A DNA stretch of 64,000 nt from Candidatus Micrarchaeota archaeon (GCA_022627495.1 JAKEGJ010000021.1:78612-142611), one strand, 5' to 3'. Counted from the first letter of the stretch, positions 1-8,356 are shown. Translations and numbers: made by a program. Notes: generated by a model not told the origin, from the sequence alone.

Positions 1-2
1 TG

Positions 3-671
3 ATGGTCTGGGTGCCGGGAGCCGGGGAGAAGCCGATGAGCATCGGGAACTCGAATCCGCTCACGATTTCCGTTGCGAAGGTGGGGAAGGTTTCGGGCGA
101 GCTCCATGCGCTCAAGGCCGGCGGCATGGTCTCCTTCCGCGGACCGTTCGGAAAGCCGTTCAACATTCCTGAAAGGGCGAAGCGCATACTCGTAATCGGG
201 GGCGGCTATGGCGTCGTGCCGATGTATTTCCTCGCAAAAGTCGCCCGCGAGAACGGGATTGCGCCGCTTGCCGTGATAGGCGCCCGCACCGCGAAGGACA
301 TCGTCTGGGAGAAGCAGCTTTTCACTGTCTGCAAGGAGGTTTTCGTAACTACGGACGACGGCACGCGCGGCAAGAAAGGCAACGTGCTTGCAGAAGCGCA
401 ATGGCTGATTGAGGGAAAGAAGATAGATGCGGTCTATGCGTGCGGCCCCGAGCGCATGATGGAAGCCGTTGCACAATTATGCGTCGCGCACAAAATCCCC
501 TGCGAAGTGAGCGTCGAGAGGTACATGAAATGCGGCGTGGGCGTGTGCGGCTCGTGCGCGATTGACGGCAAGCTCTGCTGCGTGGACGGGCCGGTATTCA
601 GCGCCGAAGAAGCGCTTTCATTTGCGGAGTTTGGCAAATCCCGCCGGGATGCCAGCGGTAGGAAGTGCTAG
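3..671 (+). CDS. pyrK: PyrK-like flavoprotein (dihydroorotate dehydrogenase electron-transfer subunit family), 5'-truncated by the window edge
   Basis: The ORF is open to the window start. It has an NAD-binding-like stretch ILVIGGGYGVVPMYF and a C-terminal 2Fe-2S cysteine cluster KCGVGVCGSCAIDGKLCCVDGP, typical of PyrK and related oxidoreductase subunits. Confidence 0.65.
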   Translation: MVWVPGAGEKPMSIGNSNPLTISVAKVGKVSGELHALKAGGMVSFRGPFGKPFNIPERAKRILVIGGGYGVVPMYFLAKVARENGIAPLAVIGARTAKDIVWEKQLFTVCKEVFVTTDDGTRGKKGNVLAEAQWLIEGKKIDAVYACGPERMMEAVAQLCVAHKIPCEVSVERYMKCGVGVCGSCAIDGKLCCVDGPVFSAEEALSFAEFGKSRRDASGRKC

Positions 672-1216
672 CCTGGCTTTGCCGTGAATATGTAGCCGTT
701 GCGGGTGTCCAGGACGAAGTGGTGCTCTTCCCTCTGCTCGAATCTTGACACTACGCCTGCAGAAATCAGTGCGTCAGCCTCCTTCTCAAGGAAAGAAGCA
801 AGCGCGTCGTTCCATACGCGGCCGCCGGTTCTGCCGTTGAACGAGTAGAGGACGAATGTTTTCCCGCCTATTAGGTTCGCGGCCTCGATAACGCGGTACA
901 GCATCCTCGCGACGTGCTCCAAATCCGGCGTCGCAGATGCAAGCTTGATATGCCCCACCGAACCGACGCAATTATATGGGTCGTAGGCTGCGATGCCGAC
1001 GCATGAAGTGAGCGAGATTGTGCCGACGCATGGCAGCGGATTGCTGGATTTTATGGCCGTGACTTCGTTGACGCCGACCAGGTGCGTCCTGCCCGCGTAC
1101 TCCTCGCGGAAGCGGTCGTTGAATATCATCTCTTCGAGTATGCGTGAGGATTCGGGGCATTTTGCGAACGCCGACACGGCCCTCGGCCCCTCCTCTGCCG
1201 TGGCGTGGGAGGCCAT
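668..1216 (-). CDS. CheD-like (chemoreceptor glutamine deamidase fold) protein, orphan
   Basis: The segment ISLTSCVGIAAYDPYNCVGSVGHIKLA matches the CheD core pattern LGSCVAV...DP...G..H..LP (catalytic Cys/His spacing). ATG at 1216 is preferred over the ORF maximum at 1261 because a TATA-like AT run at 1264-1279 lies between the divergent genes. No other che genes are in the window. Confidence 0.45.
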   Translation of the reverse strand: MASHATAEEGPRAVSAFAKCPESSRILEEMIFNDRFREEYAGRTHLVGVNEVTAIKSSNPLPCVGTISLTSCVGIAAYDPYNCVGSVGHIKLASATPDLEHVARMLYRVIEAANLIGGKTFVLYSFNGRTGGRVWNDALASFLEKEADALISAGVVSRFEQREEHHFVLDTRNGYIFTAKPG

Positions 1217-1326
1217 CCCTCTGGACCGGAGTGTCCTTGGCGGTTTGGTAGAAGGCGTCATGATGTGTATATATTTGGGTAAAAGTGTTTAAAAAGGTTT
1301 TTGAACCAGATGATTCCGGCGGGAAC

Positions 1327-2247
1327 ATGGAACTTGTGCACAAAGACGGCTACCGGATGTATAAGGCTGGCGGAAGGGAATTCCCTGAGAATACGCACAT
1401 CATATGCTCGGATGCGGGAAGCGGGATACTTTTCCGGCCGCACATAGCAGGGAAGGAGCTCCAGGACCGTATGGAGAAGGTCGCCGAGATATTCATGGAT
1501 GCGGTGGGCGGGCTTGCCCTTAGGGGGAAGAAGCAGGGGAACATAACCGAATTGGTGTTCCTTGCCGGCGGGCTCTACTACCAGCTCAACCACGGGTTCA
1601 AGAAGAACTTCAACGCCGCGATTCCGCAGTGCTTTTTGGGAATCAAGCGCCAGAGGATTGAGGGGAGCGAAGGCGGGTTCACTGCGATAGCCACGTATGA
1701 GAATTTCGAGTCGCTGCCCGACAACGCGACCGTGATAATCGGCGATACCATCGCCACGGGCGCCACGCTCCAGAAGGGCATCTACCATCTTCTCGATGCG
1801 CTCGATACAAAGGGATACAAGCTGGAAAACCTGGTCGTGTGCTCGCTTGCGTGCTCGGTGAACGGCGCGCGGCTGATGAAGGAAGTTGAGAAGAGGGTGA
1901 AGAGGGATTTCCCCGGCGCGAACGTTTACCTGGTCGTGGCCGAGCAGCTGTTCCACCTGATGCCGGACGGCACGGATTTGCGCTTCCTCTATGACGATGC
2001 GGTTATGCCGGACGAGGCGAAAAAGCGCGTGATGGACGAGTACGGCGCCTTTTTGGGGAAAGAGATGAAGTGCGCGGTCTTCGACTGGGGCACGCGCTGC
2101 AAGAACCCCATCAAGCATTATCATGAGTTTTTGGAATGGACAAAGGAAATGAAACATTCCAAGGCGGATGCCAAAGCCAGGGGCGTGCTCGAGCGGATGG
2201 AAAAGGAGACGAAAGAGGCGCTCGCCCAATTCGAGAAGCCGCTGTAA
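1327..2247 (+). CDS. Uracil phosphoribosyltransferase-like PRTase with N- and C-terminal extensions
   Basis: It has a PRPP-binding loop ATVIIGDTIATGATL and a UPRT-like layout (LVFLAGGLYY ... FLGIKRQR ... AVFDWGTRCKN). ATG at 1327 follows the TATA-like TTTAAAAA at about 1288-1296; the ORF-track start at 1285 is GTG. At about 306 aa it is longer than the roughly 210 aa of housekeeping UPRT. Confidence 0.55.
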   Translation: MELVHKDGYRMYKAGGREFPENTHIICSDAGSGILFRPHIAGKELQDRMEKVAEIFMDAVGGLALRGKKQGNITELVFLAGGLYYQLNHGFKKNFNAAIPQCFLGIKRQRIEGSEGGFTAIATYENFESLPDNATVIIGDTIATGATLQKGIYHLLDALDTKGYKLENLVVCSLACSVNGARLMKEVEKRVKRDFPGANVYLVVAEQLFHLMPDGTDLRFLYDDAVMPDEAKKRVMDEYGAFLGKEMKCAVFDWGTRCKNPIKHYHEFLEWTKEMKHSKADAKARGVLERMEKETKEALAQFEKPL

Positions 2248-2261
2248 TGGATATTGCCGGT

Positions 2262-3695
2262 TCATTGCTTCGCGTAAGCGATTTTCCATAGCGCCCGCAT
2301 CGCGGCCTCGAGCATCTTTCCCTGGCTCTCGTTGGCCTTCTCTTCTTCCCTGCTTCCGGGCATGGCGAACGAGCCGCCCGGCACCGTGCCGACAATGGTG
2401 GATATCAGGCCGTTGGATGCGGGGATGCCCGCCTTCGTAAGCTCGTCGGTCAGGTGCGCGAGGCCGAAGTGCTCCATTTCCGTTGAGAGCGCGCCGTAAA
2501 TCCTCCGCAGGTCCTTCACGCGCTCCTCGTCGCTTTCAAGATACAGCGATTCCTTGGTGAAATTGCCGCCTTCATGGCATTTGAGTCCGAGCTCCTGCGA
2601 GGAATCCGTGAGCGCCAGCACCACTTCCGGCGATGATGAGACAATCGGCCACTGGCCGTCTTCGGAAAAACGCCTGCCGCGCCAGGATTCCCGGAACCGC
2701 GCCATGTCCTCGCTGTTATGGCTGCTCCATGCGCCGAGGCGCTGGCGCACGGTCGCTCCGTCGGCGATGCTGTATGCAGCGTTCACGACATCGCCGATTT
2801 TTATGAAGGGTTCCTCAAGCTGGCCGCCTTTCCCGTCCGGGACGATGATGCCGCCGCATGTGCCTGCCCGTATCGCCACCAGCCCGCGGCCCGGGACCTC
2901 GGTTCCGCCGAGCATGTAGCCGTCCTCGCGCGAATTCACGAGAGCCTCCCAGGCGTTGATATCCTGTGCTGAGCAGCCCATCTGGGTTTCCAGTATAGTA
3001 AGGGGGAGCGGCTTGCCCCGATATTCAAAGACGCCGATTGCGAGGTTGACGCGGCCGGCATCAGCAGAGAGGAACTCCGCGAGGGCTACTATTCTCCTTG
3101 CTATGCTGGCATGAATGCCATTTTCAGATGTAATGCCCCATACGTGGCCAGAAGCAAGGGATAGAAGCGCAGCAGCAAGACCGTCAAGCGAGAGTTGCTC
3201 TGGCTTCCCGCTCGGTCCGGCGAGGAATTCCAACTCTGAAATCAGCTGGCTGGCTTCGTGGTACCAGCGGCGAACCGTCATTTGCTCCATACGAAGGAGC
3301 ATTGCGGCTGCGGGAAGCGAGTCTTGAGGGGCGATTGTTTTGAGACAGATGTGGCTGGATTGGTATGGTTCGGCATACAGCCCGGCATTTTGCGCCAGCA
3401 TCTTGATGTCCCGGAATTGCGCCAGCACATGGTTTATCCGTGACCTGAAAACCTGTTCCTCCTGCCAGCCAGCCTTCGTGGCCTCCTTGTGCAGCATGAT
3501 GCAGTCAGTCAGCGGGGCGGCTGCGGCAAGAACGCGCCTGCGGTCGCCTACGACAATCATGTAAGGCGGGAGCATGCCCTCGTTGTCTTTAAGGAACGGG
3601 ATTCTCTTCCAAAGGCCGCCTTCGCGGGCGAGGGAAATCGGGGTGTGCTGCCCCAGCACCATCGGGCGGTCCTTGCGGTATCCGGTAAGTGTCAT
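2262..3695 (-). CDS. Nucleoside phosphorylase superfamily (PNP/UDP type 1) protein with a roughly 150-aa helical insertion
   Basis: Collinear PNP/UDP motifs are present: MIVVGDRRRV (PGDP-like), LTILETQMGCSAQDINAWEAL (H/QGMG.PS), AIRAGTCGG (R.GSCG), STEMEHFGLA (EME.A), ISTIVGTV. A long insert lies between the first and second motif. ATG at 3695 is preceded by GGGAGG. Confidence 0.6.
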   Translation of the reverse strand: MTLTGYRKDRPMVLGQHTPISLAREGGLWKRIPFLKDNEGMLPPYMIVVGDRRRVLAAAAPLTDCIMLHKEATKAGWQEEQVFRSRINHVLAQFRDIKMLAQNAGLYAEPYQSSHICLKTIAPQDSLPAAAMLLRMEQMTVRRWYHEASQLISELEFLAGPSGKPEQLSLDGLAAALLSLASGHVWGITSENGIHASIARRIVALAEFLSADAGRVNLAIGVFEYRGKPLPLTILETQMGCSAQDINAWEALVNSREDGYMLGGTEVPGRGLVAIRAGTCGGIIVPDGKGGQLEEPFIKIGDVVNAAYSIADGATVRQRLGAWSSHNSEDMARFRESWRGRRFSEDGQWPIVSSSPEVVLALTDSSQELGLKCHEGGNFTKESLYLESDEERVKDLRRIYGALSTEMEHFGLAHLTDELTKAGIPASNGLISTIVGTVPGGSFAMPGSREEEKANESQGKMLEAAMRALWKIAYAKQ

Positions 3696-3768
3696 AGCCT
3701 TCTGCCTCCCAATCCATTCTGTGTTTAACCTTAAAATCTTATGTGCTACCAAAAAATGAGTAGCTACC

Positions 3769-3776
3769 AATAAATA
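3769..3776 (+). promoter_or_regulatory. TATA-like box upstream of ribB
   Basis: AATAAATA lies about 30 nt upstream of the ribB ATG (3806) in the divergent intergenic region. It overlaps the second GCTACCAA copy. Confidence 0.35.
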
Positions 3777-3805
3777 GGTGAAGCGGGCACATATTGGATG
3801 GTTCT

Positions 3806-4456
3806 ATGACTGATTTGGATAACGCAATAGCCGCGCTCAGGGCAGGCGGCATGATAGTGCTGTTTGACGGCGACGAGCGCGAGGGGGAGGCGGACCTGGT
3901 CGTGCATGCCCGGTTCGCGACGCCCGAAACAATCCGTACGCTCCGCCAGGATGCCGGGGGGCTCATATGCCTTGCCCTGGACGGGAAGATTGCGGATGAT
4001 TGGGGGCTTCCGTTCTATTCGGAAATGCTTGTCGCATCGAAGCTGCCTGTGGCTGCGATGGAATGCAAAAAAACCGCGTACGGAGACAAGCCCGCGTTCT
4101 CGATACAGGTGAACCACAGGGACGTCTTCACGGGCATCACCGACAACGACCGCTCCCTCACGATAAGGGGCGTGGAGCGGCTTGCCGGGATGGGACTCGG
4201 ACGGGAGGATGCGAGGGCGGCGTTCCATTCCGAATTCTACGCCCCGGGCCACGTGTTCCTGCTGATTGGCAGGGGCATAAAAAACCGCCGCGGCCACACC
4301 GAGCTTTCGCTCGAACTTGCAAGGAGGGCGGGATTGGACGGGGCGATGGTGCTCTGCGAGATGCTCGGGGAAGGAAAGGCCCTGCCGAAAGCTGAGGCGA
4401 AGGCGTATGCCAAAGAGCGGGGACTTATGTTCATCGAAGGGAGGGAATTGATATGA
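3806..4456 (+). CDS. ribB: 3,4-dihydroxy-2-butanone 4-phosphate synthase
   Basis: The motif LFDGDEREGEADLVVHA (D..RE.EGD) and overall length are typical of RibB. The first ATG is at 3806 (the track start at 3794 is TTG). The stop overlaps the next start as ATGA. Confidence 0.85.
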   Translation: MTDLDNAIAALRAGGMIVLFDGDEREGEADLVVHARFATPETIRTLRQDAGGLICLALDGKIADDWGLPFYSEMLVASKLPVAAMECKKTAYGDKPAFSIQVNHRDVFTGITDNDRSLTIRGVERLAGMGLGREDARAAFHSEFYAPGHVFLLIGRGIKNRRGHTELSLELARRAGLDGAMVLCEMLGEGKALPKAEAKAYAKERGLMFIEGRELI

Positions 4457-5376
4457 GAATCGGCATCGTTGACACCACATTCTCGCGCGTGGACATGGGC
4501 GCTATCGCGATTGACGAAATCAGGAAGCACACGCCTAATGCTGAAATTGAGCGCAGGACTGTCCCCGGCATAAAGGATTTGCCAGTCGAATGCAAGAGGC
4601 TGCTGGAGGCAGGCGGAGCGGTACGCACCGCAAGCGGCGAGATGTCCGGGCCCGGGTGCGACATAGTGATGGCGCTCGGCATGGTCGGAGGGGCGCCAAT
4701 CGACACGCAGTGCGGCCATGAGGCGTCATTGGGCATGCAGAAGGCCATGCTCATGACCGGCAAGCACATCATAGAGGTGTTCGTGCACGAGAACGAGGCC
4801 TGGAGCGAGGCGGAGTTTAAGAGCATCTGCGAGATGCGAATCAGGAAGCACGCGCAGAACGCAATCACCCTGATAACCCGGCCGGATGCGCTTGTGAAGT
4901 TCGCAGGCAAGGGACTGCGGCAGGGCCGGGAGGACGAGGGACCGGCGGAAGGCGGGAGGAGGCTGAAGCTTGGCATCGTGGTCGGCAGGTTCAACGATGA
5001 GATAACCGGGAGGATGAAGGCCAAGGCCCTGGAAGCGGCTGCCGGAGCAGGAGCCGAGACTGTCGTTTTGGAGGTGCCGGGCGTATACGATATGCCGCTT
5101 GTCGTGAAGAAGCTCCTGATGGACAAGCGCATCGACGCGGTCGTCACGCTCGGGGCGGTCGTGAAAGGCGACACCGCGCATGACGAAATCATCACGAAGG
5201 ATGCGGCAAGGAGGCTCGGCGACCTTTCGCTTGAATTCCGGAAGCCCGTGACGCTCGGCATTATTGGCCACAATGTTTCATGGGAAAAAGCGGGGGAGAG
5301 GGCGGATGGTTATGCCGAACGCGCCACGAAGGCGGCAATCGGCCTCGTGAATCTTCTGCGCCAGGAGGGATATTGA
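4453..5376 (+). CDS. ribC-ribH: Fusion protein: archaeal-type riboflavin synthase (N-terminal) plus 6,7-dimethyl-8-ribityllumazine synthase (C-terminal)
   Basis: The N-terminal roughly 165 aa (MRIGIVDTTFSRVDMG ... VPGIKDLPVECKRLLE ... CDIVMALGM ... HEASLGMQKAMLMTGKHIIEVFVHE ... AGKGLRQGREDEGPA) match the Methanocaldococcus-type riboflavin synthase as I remember it. The C-terminal roughly 135 aa (LGIVVGRFNDEIT ... VPGVYDMPLVVKKLL ... DAVVTLGAVVKGDTAHDEII ... KPVTLGIIG) match archaeal lumazine synthase. It is a single uninterrupted ORF. Confidence 0.8.
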   Translation: MRIGIVDTTFSRVDMGAIAIDEIRKHTPNAEIERRTVPGIKDLPVECKRLLEAGGAVRTASGEMSGPGCDIVMALGMVGGAPIDTQCGHEASLGMQKAMLMTGKHIIEVFVHENEAWSEAEFKSICEMRIRKHAQNAITLITRPDALVKFAGKGLRQGREDEGPAEGGRRLKLGIVVGRFNDEITGRMKAKALEAAAGAGAETVVLEVPGVYDMPLVVKKLLMDKRIDAVVTLGAVVKGDTAHDEIITKDAARRLGDLSLEFRKPVTLGIIGHNVSWEKAGERADGYAERATKAAIGLVNLLRQEGY

Positions 5377-5377
5377 C

Positions 5378-5959
5378 ATGCCGGTCGAGCACGTTGCGGA
5401 TGCGTTCTTCCCGAGCAGGTACGGGAAATTCAGGATTCACGCGTTCCGGGGAAAGGATGGCGGGGAGCATATCGCGCTGGTCCGGTGCGAGCACGCGCCG
5501 CACGGCCCGGTCCCGGTGCGCATCCATTCCCGCTGCCTCACCGGAGACGCCCTGACTTCCGAAAGGTGCGACTGCCGGAAGCAGCTTGAGGCGTCGATGA
5601 AATACCTGGAAAAAAGGAAATGCGGCATCCTGGTTTACCTTGACCAGGAAGGGCGCGGAATCGGGCTCGCAAACAAGATTAAGGCCTACAGCCTGCAGGA
5701 CGGGGGCATGGATACGGTGGAGGCGAACGTCAGCCTCGGTTTCGGCGAGGACATGCGGGATTTCTCGATAGCCGCCGACATCCTGGGATACTTCGGCGTC
5801 AAGGACATAGCCCTGCTCACCAACAACCCGAACAAGATAGCGGTGCTTGAGAAGGCCGGCATAAAGGTCTCGAAGCGCATTCCGCTAATCATCACGCCGA
5901 ACAGGTTCAACAAAAAATACCTCGACACCAAGAAGGAAAAGATGCGGCACTTGCTCTAG
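5378..5959 (+). CDS. ribA: GTP cyclohydrolase II
   Basis: The sequence has VRIHSRCLTGDALTSERCDCRKQL (zinc Cys motif), LDQEGRGIGLANKIKAYSLQD and TNNP.K. AGGAGGGA lies upstream of the ATG at 5378. Confidence 0.85.
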   Translation: MPVEHVADAFFPSRYGKFRIHAFRGKDGGEHIALVRCEHAPHGPVPVRIHSRCLTGDALTSERCDCRKQLEASMKYLEKRKCGILVYLDQEGRGIGLANKIKAYSLQDGGMDTVEANVSLGFGEDMRDFSIAADILGYFGVKDIALLTNNPNKIAVLEKAGIKVSKRIPLIITPNRFNKKYLDTKKEKMRHLL

Positions 5960-6022
5960 GCGCGTGGACGAATTTTCGATAAGAAAAAAGGAAGGCGCCT
6001 TTAGGGCGCGATTGGAAAAAAA

Positions 6023-8236
6023 TCAGAGGCCAAAGTCGCTTTTCTTTGGCAGGGGAGGCATCTTGGGGTAGCGCACTTTGGAGACGCGGGCCTTCCTCTC
6101 CTTGGCCTGCATCTTGCCGATGAGCAATTTCTTTTTTGCGCTGACTGTGTCGGGCCTGTGGAGGCACCTCTCATACCCGGTTATCTTGTTGCCTCCGAAA
6201 ACGTCCCAGACCTGATCGCAGAGCGTCAGCCCGGAAAGCGATGTGTTGTTCTTCAAAGCAGTGAGGGTGTTGCCCCAGCCAAGGATCTGGACACAGCCGA
6301 AACTGGTAATACAGCCATCTTCACTGACACTCCATCCGGGATAGTTCCCCCAGAAGTTTTCATTCACCAGCCGGTTTCCAGCGCCAAAGAAAATGGCAAA
6401 TCCAGTACCCGGATCGCAAGGATTCCACCAGGGATGGGCAGCCGGCAATATTGAGCCATAATCATTGTTCTTGAATTCGTTGCCATACCCCAGGGGCTCG
6501 GTTTCGGATTCGCTTTGGTTCGCTATCACGGCCTGTATCAGCGTGGCTGTCAAGCCCTTCAGGCTGTTTCCGGCCACAAGGTTCGCATTGCCATCGCACC
6601 ATATGCCGAACGGCCCCCGGCTTCCGGCCTCGATTACATTGCCGCTGAGTGTGTTGTTATGCGGCGCGCCGTAAGCTGGAACGTTCGACAGCTTGATGAA
6701 TGACGGGGCAGACCCCCACAAGTCAGAGTCCGCCAGCATTGCGCTGATGCGGTTGTTGGCAACCACGTTGTTCGCGCAGTTGTTATCGAACACCAGCGGG
6801 TAATGCATCGGTATGCCCGGGTTTCCGACAATCGTATTGCCGCTAACGGTCAGGTTGTCCACGCAAAGCGGAATCGGGACCTGGCTCGGTTCGAGATATT
6901 CGCCGAAATGCATCCCCTTGTAGAACGGTGCGCTGTATACCACCGGATTGCCGTTTGCGTCAAACCAAATTTCGGGATTATCCCAGGGGAACGGATTGTC
7001 CGGGGTGGGATTGGTGGCGCTCAGATTTACCGAATTATTCGAAACAGTGCTTCCGGCCTGTATCAGCCCGGACGCATTGGACGTTTGGATTCCGTTCTGA
7101 AACGCTACTAGGAAAACCGGATCGTTGGTGCTCTGATTCCCATCATCCAGGAAATTAACGATTTCCTCTGCGCGGCATGTGACATGGTTGTTGTCGATAT
7201 GGAGGATTTCCTTTGGCATCTTGTCAATGCCATCCACTTCGATGCCGTTTGCGGGCCCGTTCACTGTATTGTTCGATATAGTTGTTGAAAGCAATAGGCC
7301 CTGCTTCCTCCCACCCCTTAGCACAATCCCGAATGCCGCCGTGTTTTTAAGGCTCTCGATCGTGTTGCCGGTTACGGTGATATTTCCCACATCGGAGACA
7401 GACATATAGTCTTGCGATATTCCAAAAAAGGTTATGCCCCCCCAGCTCGGTTTATCATCTGCAAAGCCAGTATCGTATGTACCGAAATTGCCATGGCCCT
7501 TGTGAATAAATCTGCTGTCAGTGATTGTAAGGTCGCCATTATGCTCGATATCAAGCATATTGAACGTGCTTTCATTGGCTTTGAGAATGCAATTATTTAT
7601 TGTGAATCCATTCGAGCCAAAACAGTTCAGGGCATCCCAGCCGTTGTGCTCGATTTCCAGGTTCCTGAACGTCACCGCTCCGTGGCCGGTCCATGAAGGG
7701 AGGTACATCATGACCGCAGAGGGATAAATGCCGTTGGCCATGTCCGCATTGCCTGAGGAAATGATTTTAGGAAGCGCGCCTGTTTGGGCATTCGGAATGC
7801 CGACTAGCTCCTTTGCGGCAGGGAACCCCCATTCCTCCAGCCATGGGGGCAGGTTCGGGTTCTCTTCGCTCGGGAAAACCGGCACGAGAAGAATCTGGAA
7901 GCCGCCGAGGTCGTAAACGCCGGGATTGAAATACACCTTCCCGTAGTGATAAAGCGCGTATTGGATGTTAAACCAATTGTCGAATGGGGTTCCTGCCGGC
8001 GACACGGTGGTTTCGGCACCCAAAGTCTGCGCCTTCGCCATCCCCCCCAGCCCCAGCCCAGCGGCGGCAATGGCGCCTCCGGCTATCCCCGCGGTCCTTA
8101 GGAACTGGCCTCTGGACATCCCGGACTGGGCGGCCCTCGCACTTACGCCGCCAGCATGCGTCCGGTTCTGCGCGCGTACGCCCCTGACAGCCCCGAAGTC
8201 CCATTTATTCCCGATTTTCCTGTTTGGCACGGTCAT
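6023..8236 (-). CDS. Secreted right-handed parallel beta-helix repeat protein with a Tat-like signal
   Basis: The N-terminus has SRGQFLRTAGIAGGAIAAAGLGLGGMAKA (a degenerate twin-arginine-like motif plus an h-region). The body is rich in Asn/Gly repeats of the type NN.I..N/GN.I.GN typical of pectate-lyase-like beta-helices. ATG at 8236 is preceded by AGGTG, and the (AT)8 TATA-like run lies about 60 nt upstream. Confidence 0.6.
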   Translation of the reverse strand: MTVPNRKIGNKWDFGAVRGVRAQNRTHAGGVSARAAQSGMSRGQFLRTAGIAGGAIAAAGLGLGGMAKAQTLGAETTVSPAGTPFDNWFNIQYALYHYGKVYFNPGVYDLGGFQILLVPVFPSEENPNLPPWLEEWGFPAAKELVGIPNAQTGALPKIISSGNADMANGIYPSAVMMYLPSWTGHGAVTFRNLEIEHNGWDALNCFGSNGFTINNCILKANESTFNMLDIEHNGDLTITDSRFIHKGHGNFGTYDTGFADDKPSWGGITFFGISQDYMSVSDVGNITVTGNTIESLKNTAAFGIVLRGGRKQGLLLSTTISNNTVNGPANGIEVDGIDKMPKEILHIDNNHVTCRAEEIVNFLDDGNQSTNDPVFLVAFQNGIQTSNASGLIQAGSTVSNNSVNLSATNPTPDNPFPWDNPEIWFDANGNPVVYSAPFYKGMHFGEYLEPSQVPIPLCVDNLTVSGNTIVGNPGIPMHYPLVFDNNCANNVVANNRISAMLADSDLWGSAPSFIKLSNVPAYGAPHNNTLSGNVIEAGSRGPFGIWCDGNANLVAGNSLKGLTATLIQAVIANQSESETEPLGYGNEFKNNDYGSILPAAHPWWNPCDPGTGFAIFFGAGNRLVNENFWGNYPGWSVSEDGCITSFGCVQILGWGNTLTALKNNTSLSGLTLCDQVWDVFGGNKITGYERCLHRPDTVSAKKKLLIGKMQAKERKARVSKVRYPKMPPLPKKSDFGL

Positions 8237-8292
8237 TAAAACACACCTGGACAAAGGCGCAAAGGGCGCCTGAGAAAATGACTGCTCAGGGA

Positions 8293-8308
8293 ATATATAT
8301 ATATATAT
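8293..8308. repeat. (AT)8 dinucleotide microsatellite in a promoter region
   Basis: A perfect ATATATATATATATAT run lies between the stop of the 8357-9331 gene and the start of the beta-helix gene. Confidence 0.9.
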
Positions 8309-8356
8309 TTGGGGGCGCCGATTGCCTGAAAAGAGGTTTGAAAAACCGCGCGGCGG

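Noticed and set aside
1258-2289. A 343-aa minus-strand ORF covering the PRTase locus.
   Set aside because: It is an antisense shadow ORF typical of GC-rich DNA, with a His/Arg/Leu-rich composition and no motifs. The plus-strand frame has a clear PRPP-binding loop.
4431-5273. A 280-aa minus-strand ORF, along with similar long antisense ORFs at 15012-16022, 31250-32047, 46421-47146, 47590-48264, 48310-49149, 57634-58305 and 59688-60398.
   Set aside because: All of them lie opposite genes with strong conserved motifs. They are GC-rich shadow frames.
8036-8236. Twin-arginine (Tat) signal on the beta-helix protein.
   Set aside because: The motif reads SRGQFLR with a single Arg where RR is expected. 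It is kept only as Tat-like in the feature description, not as a finding.
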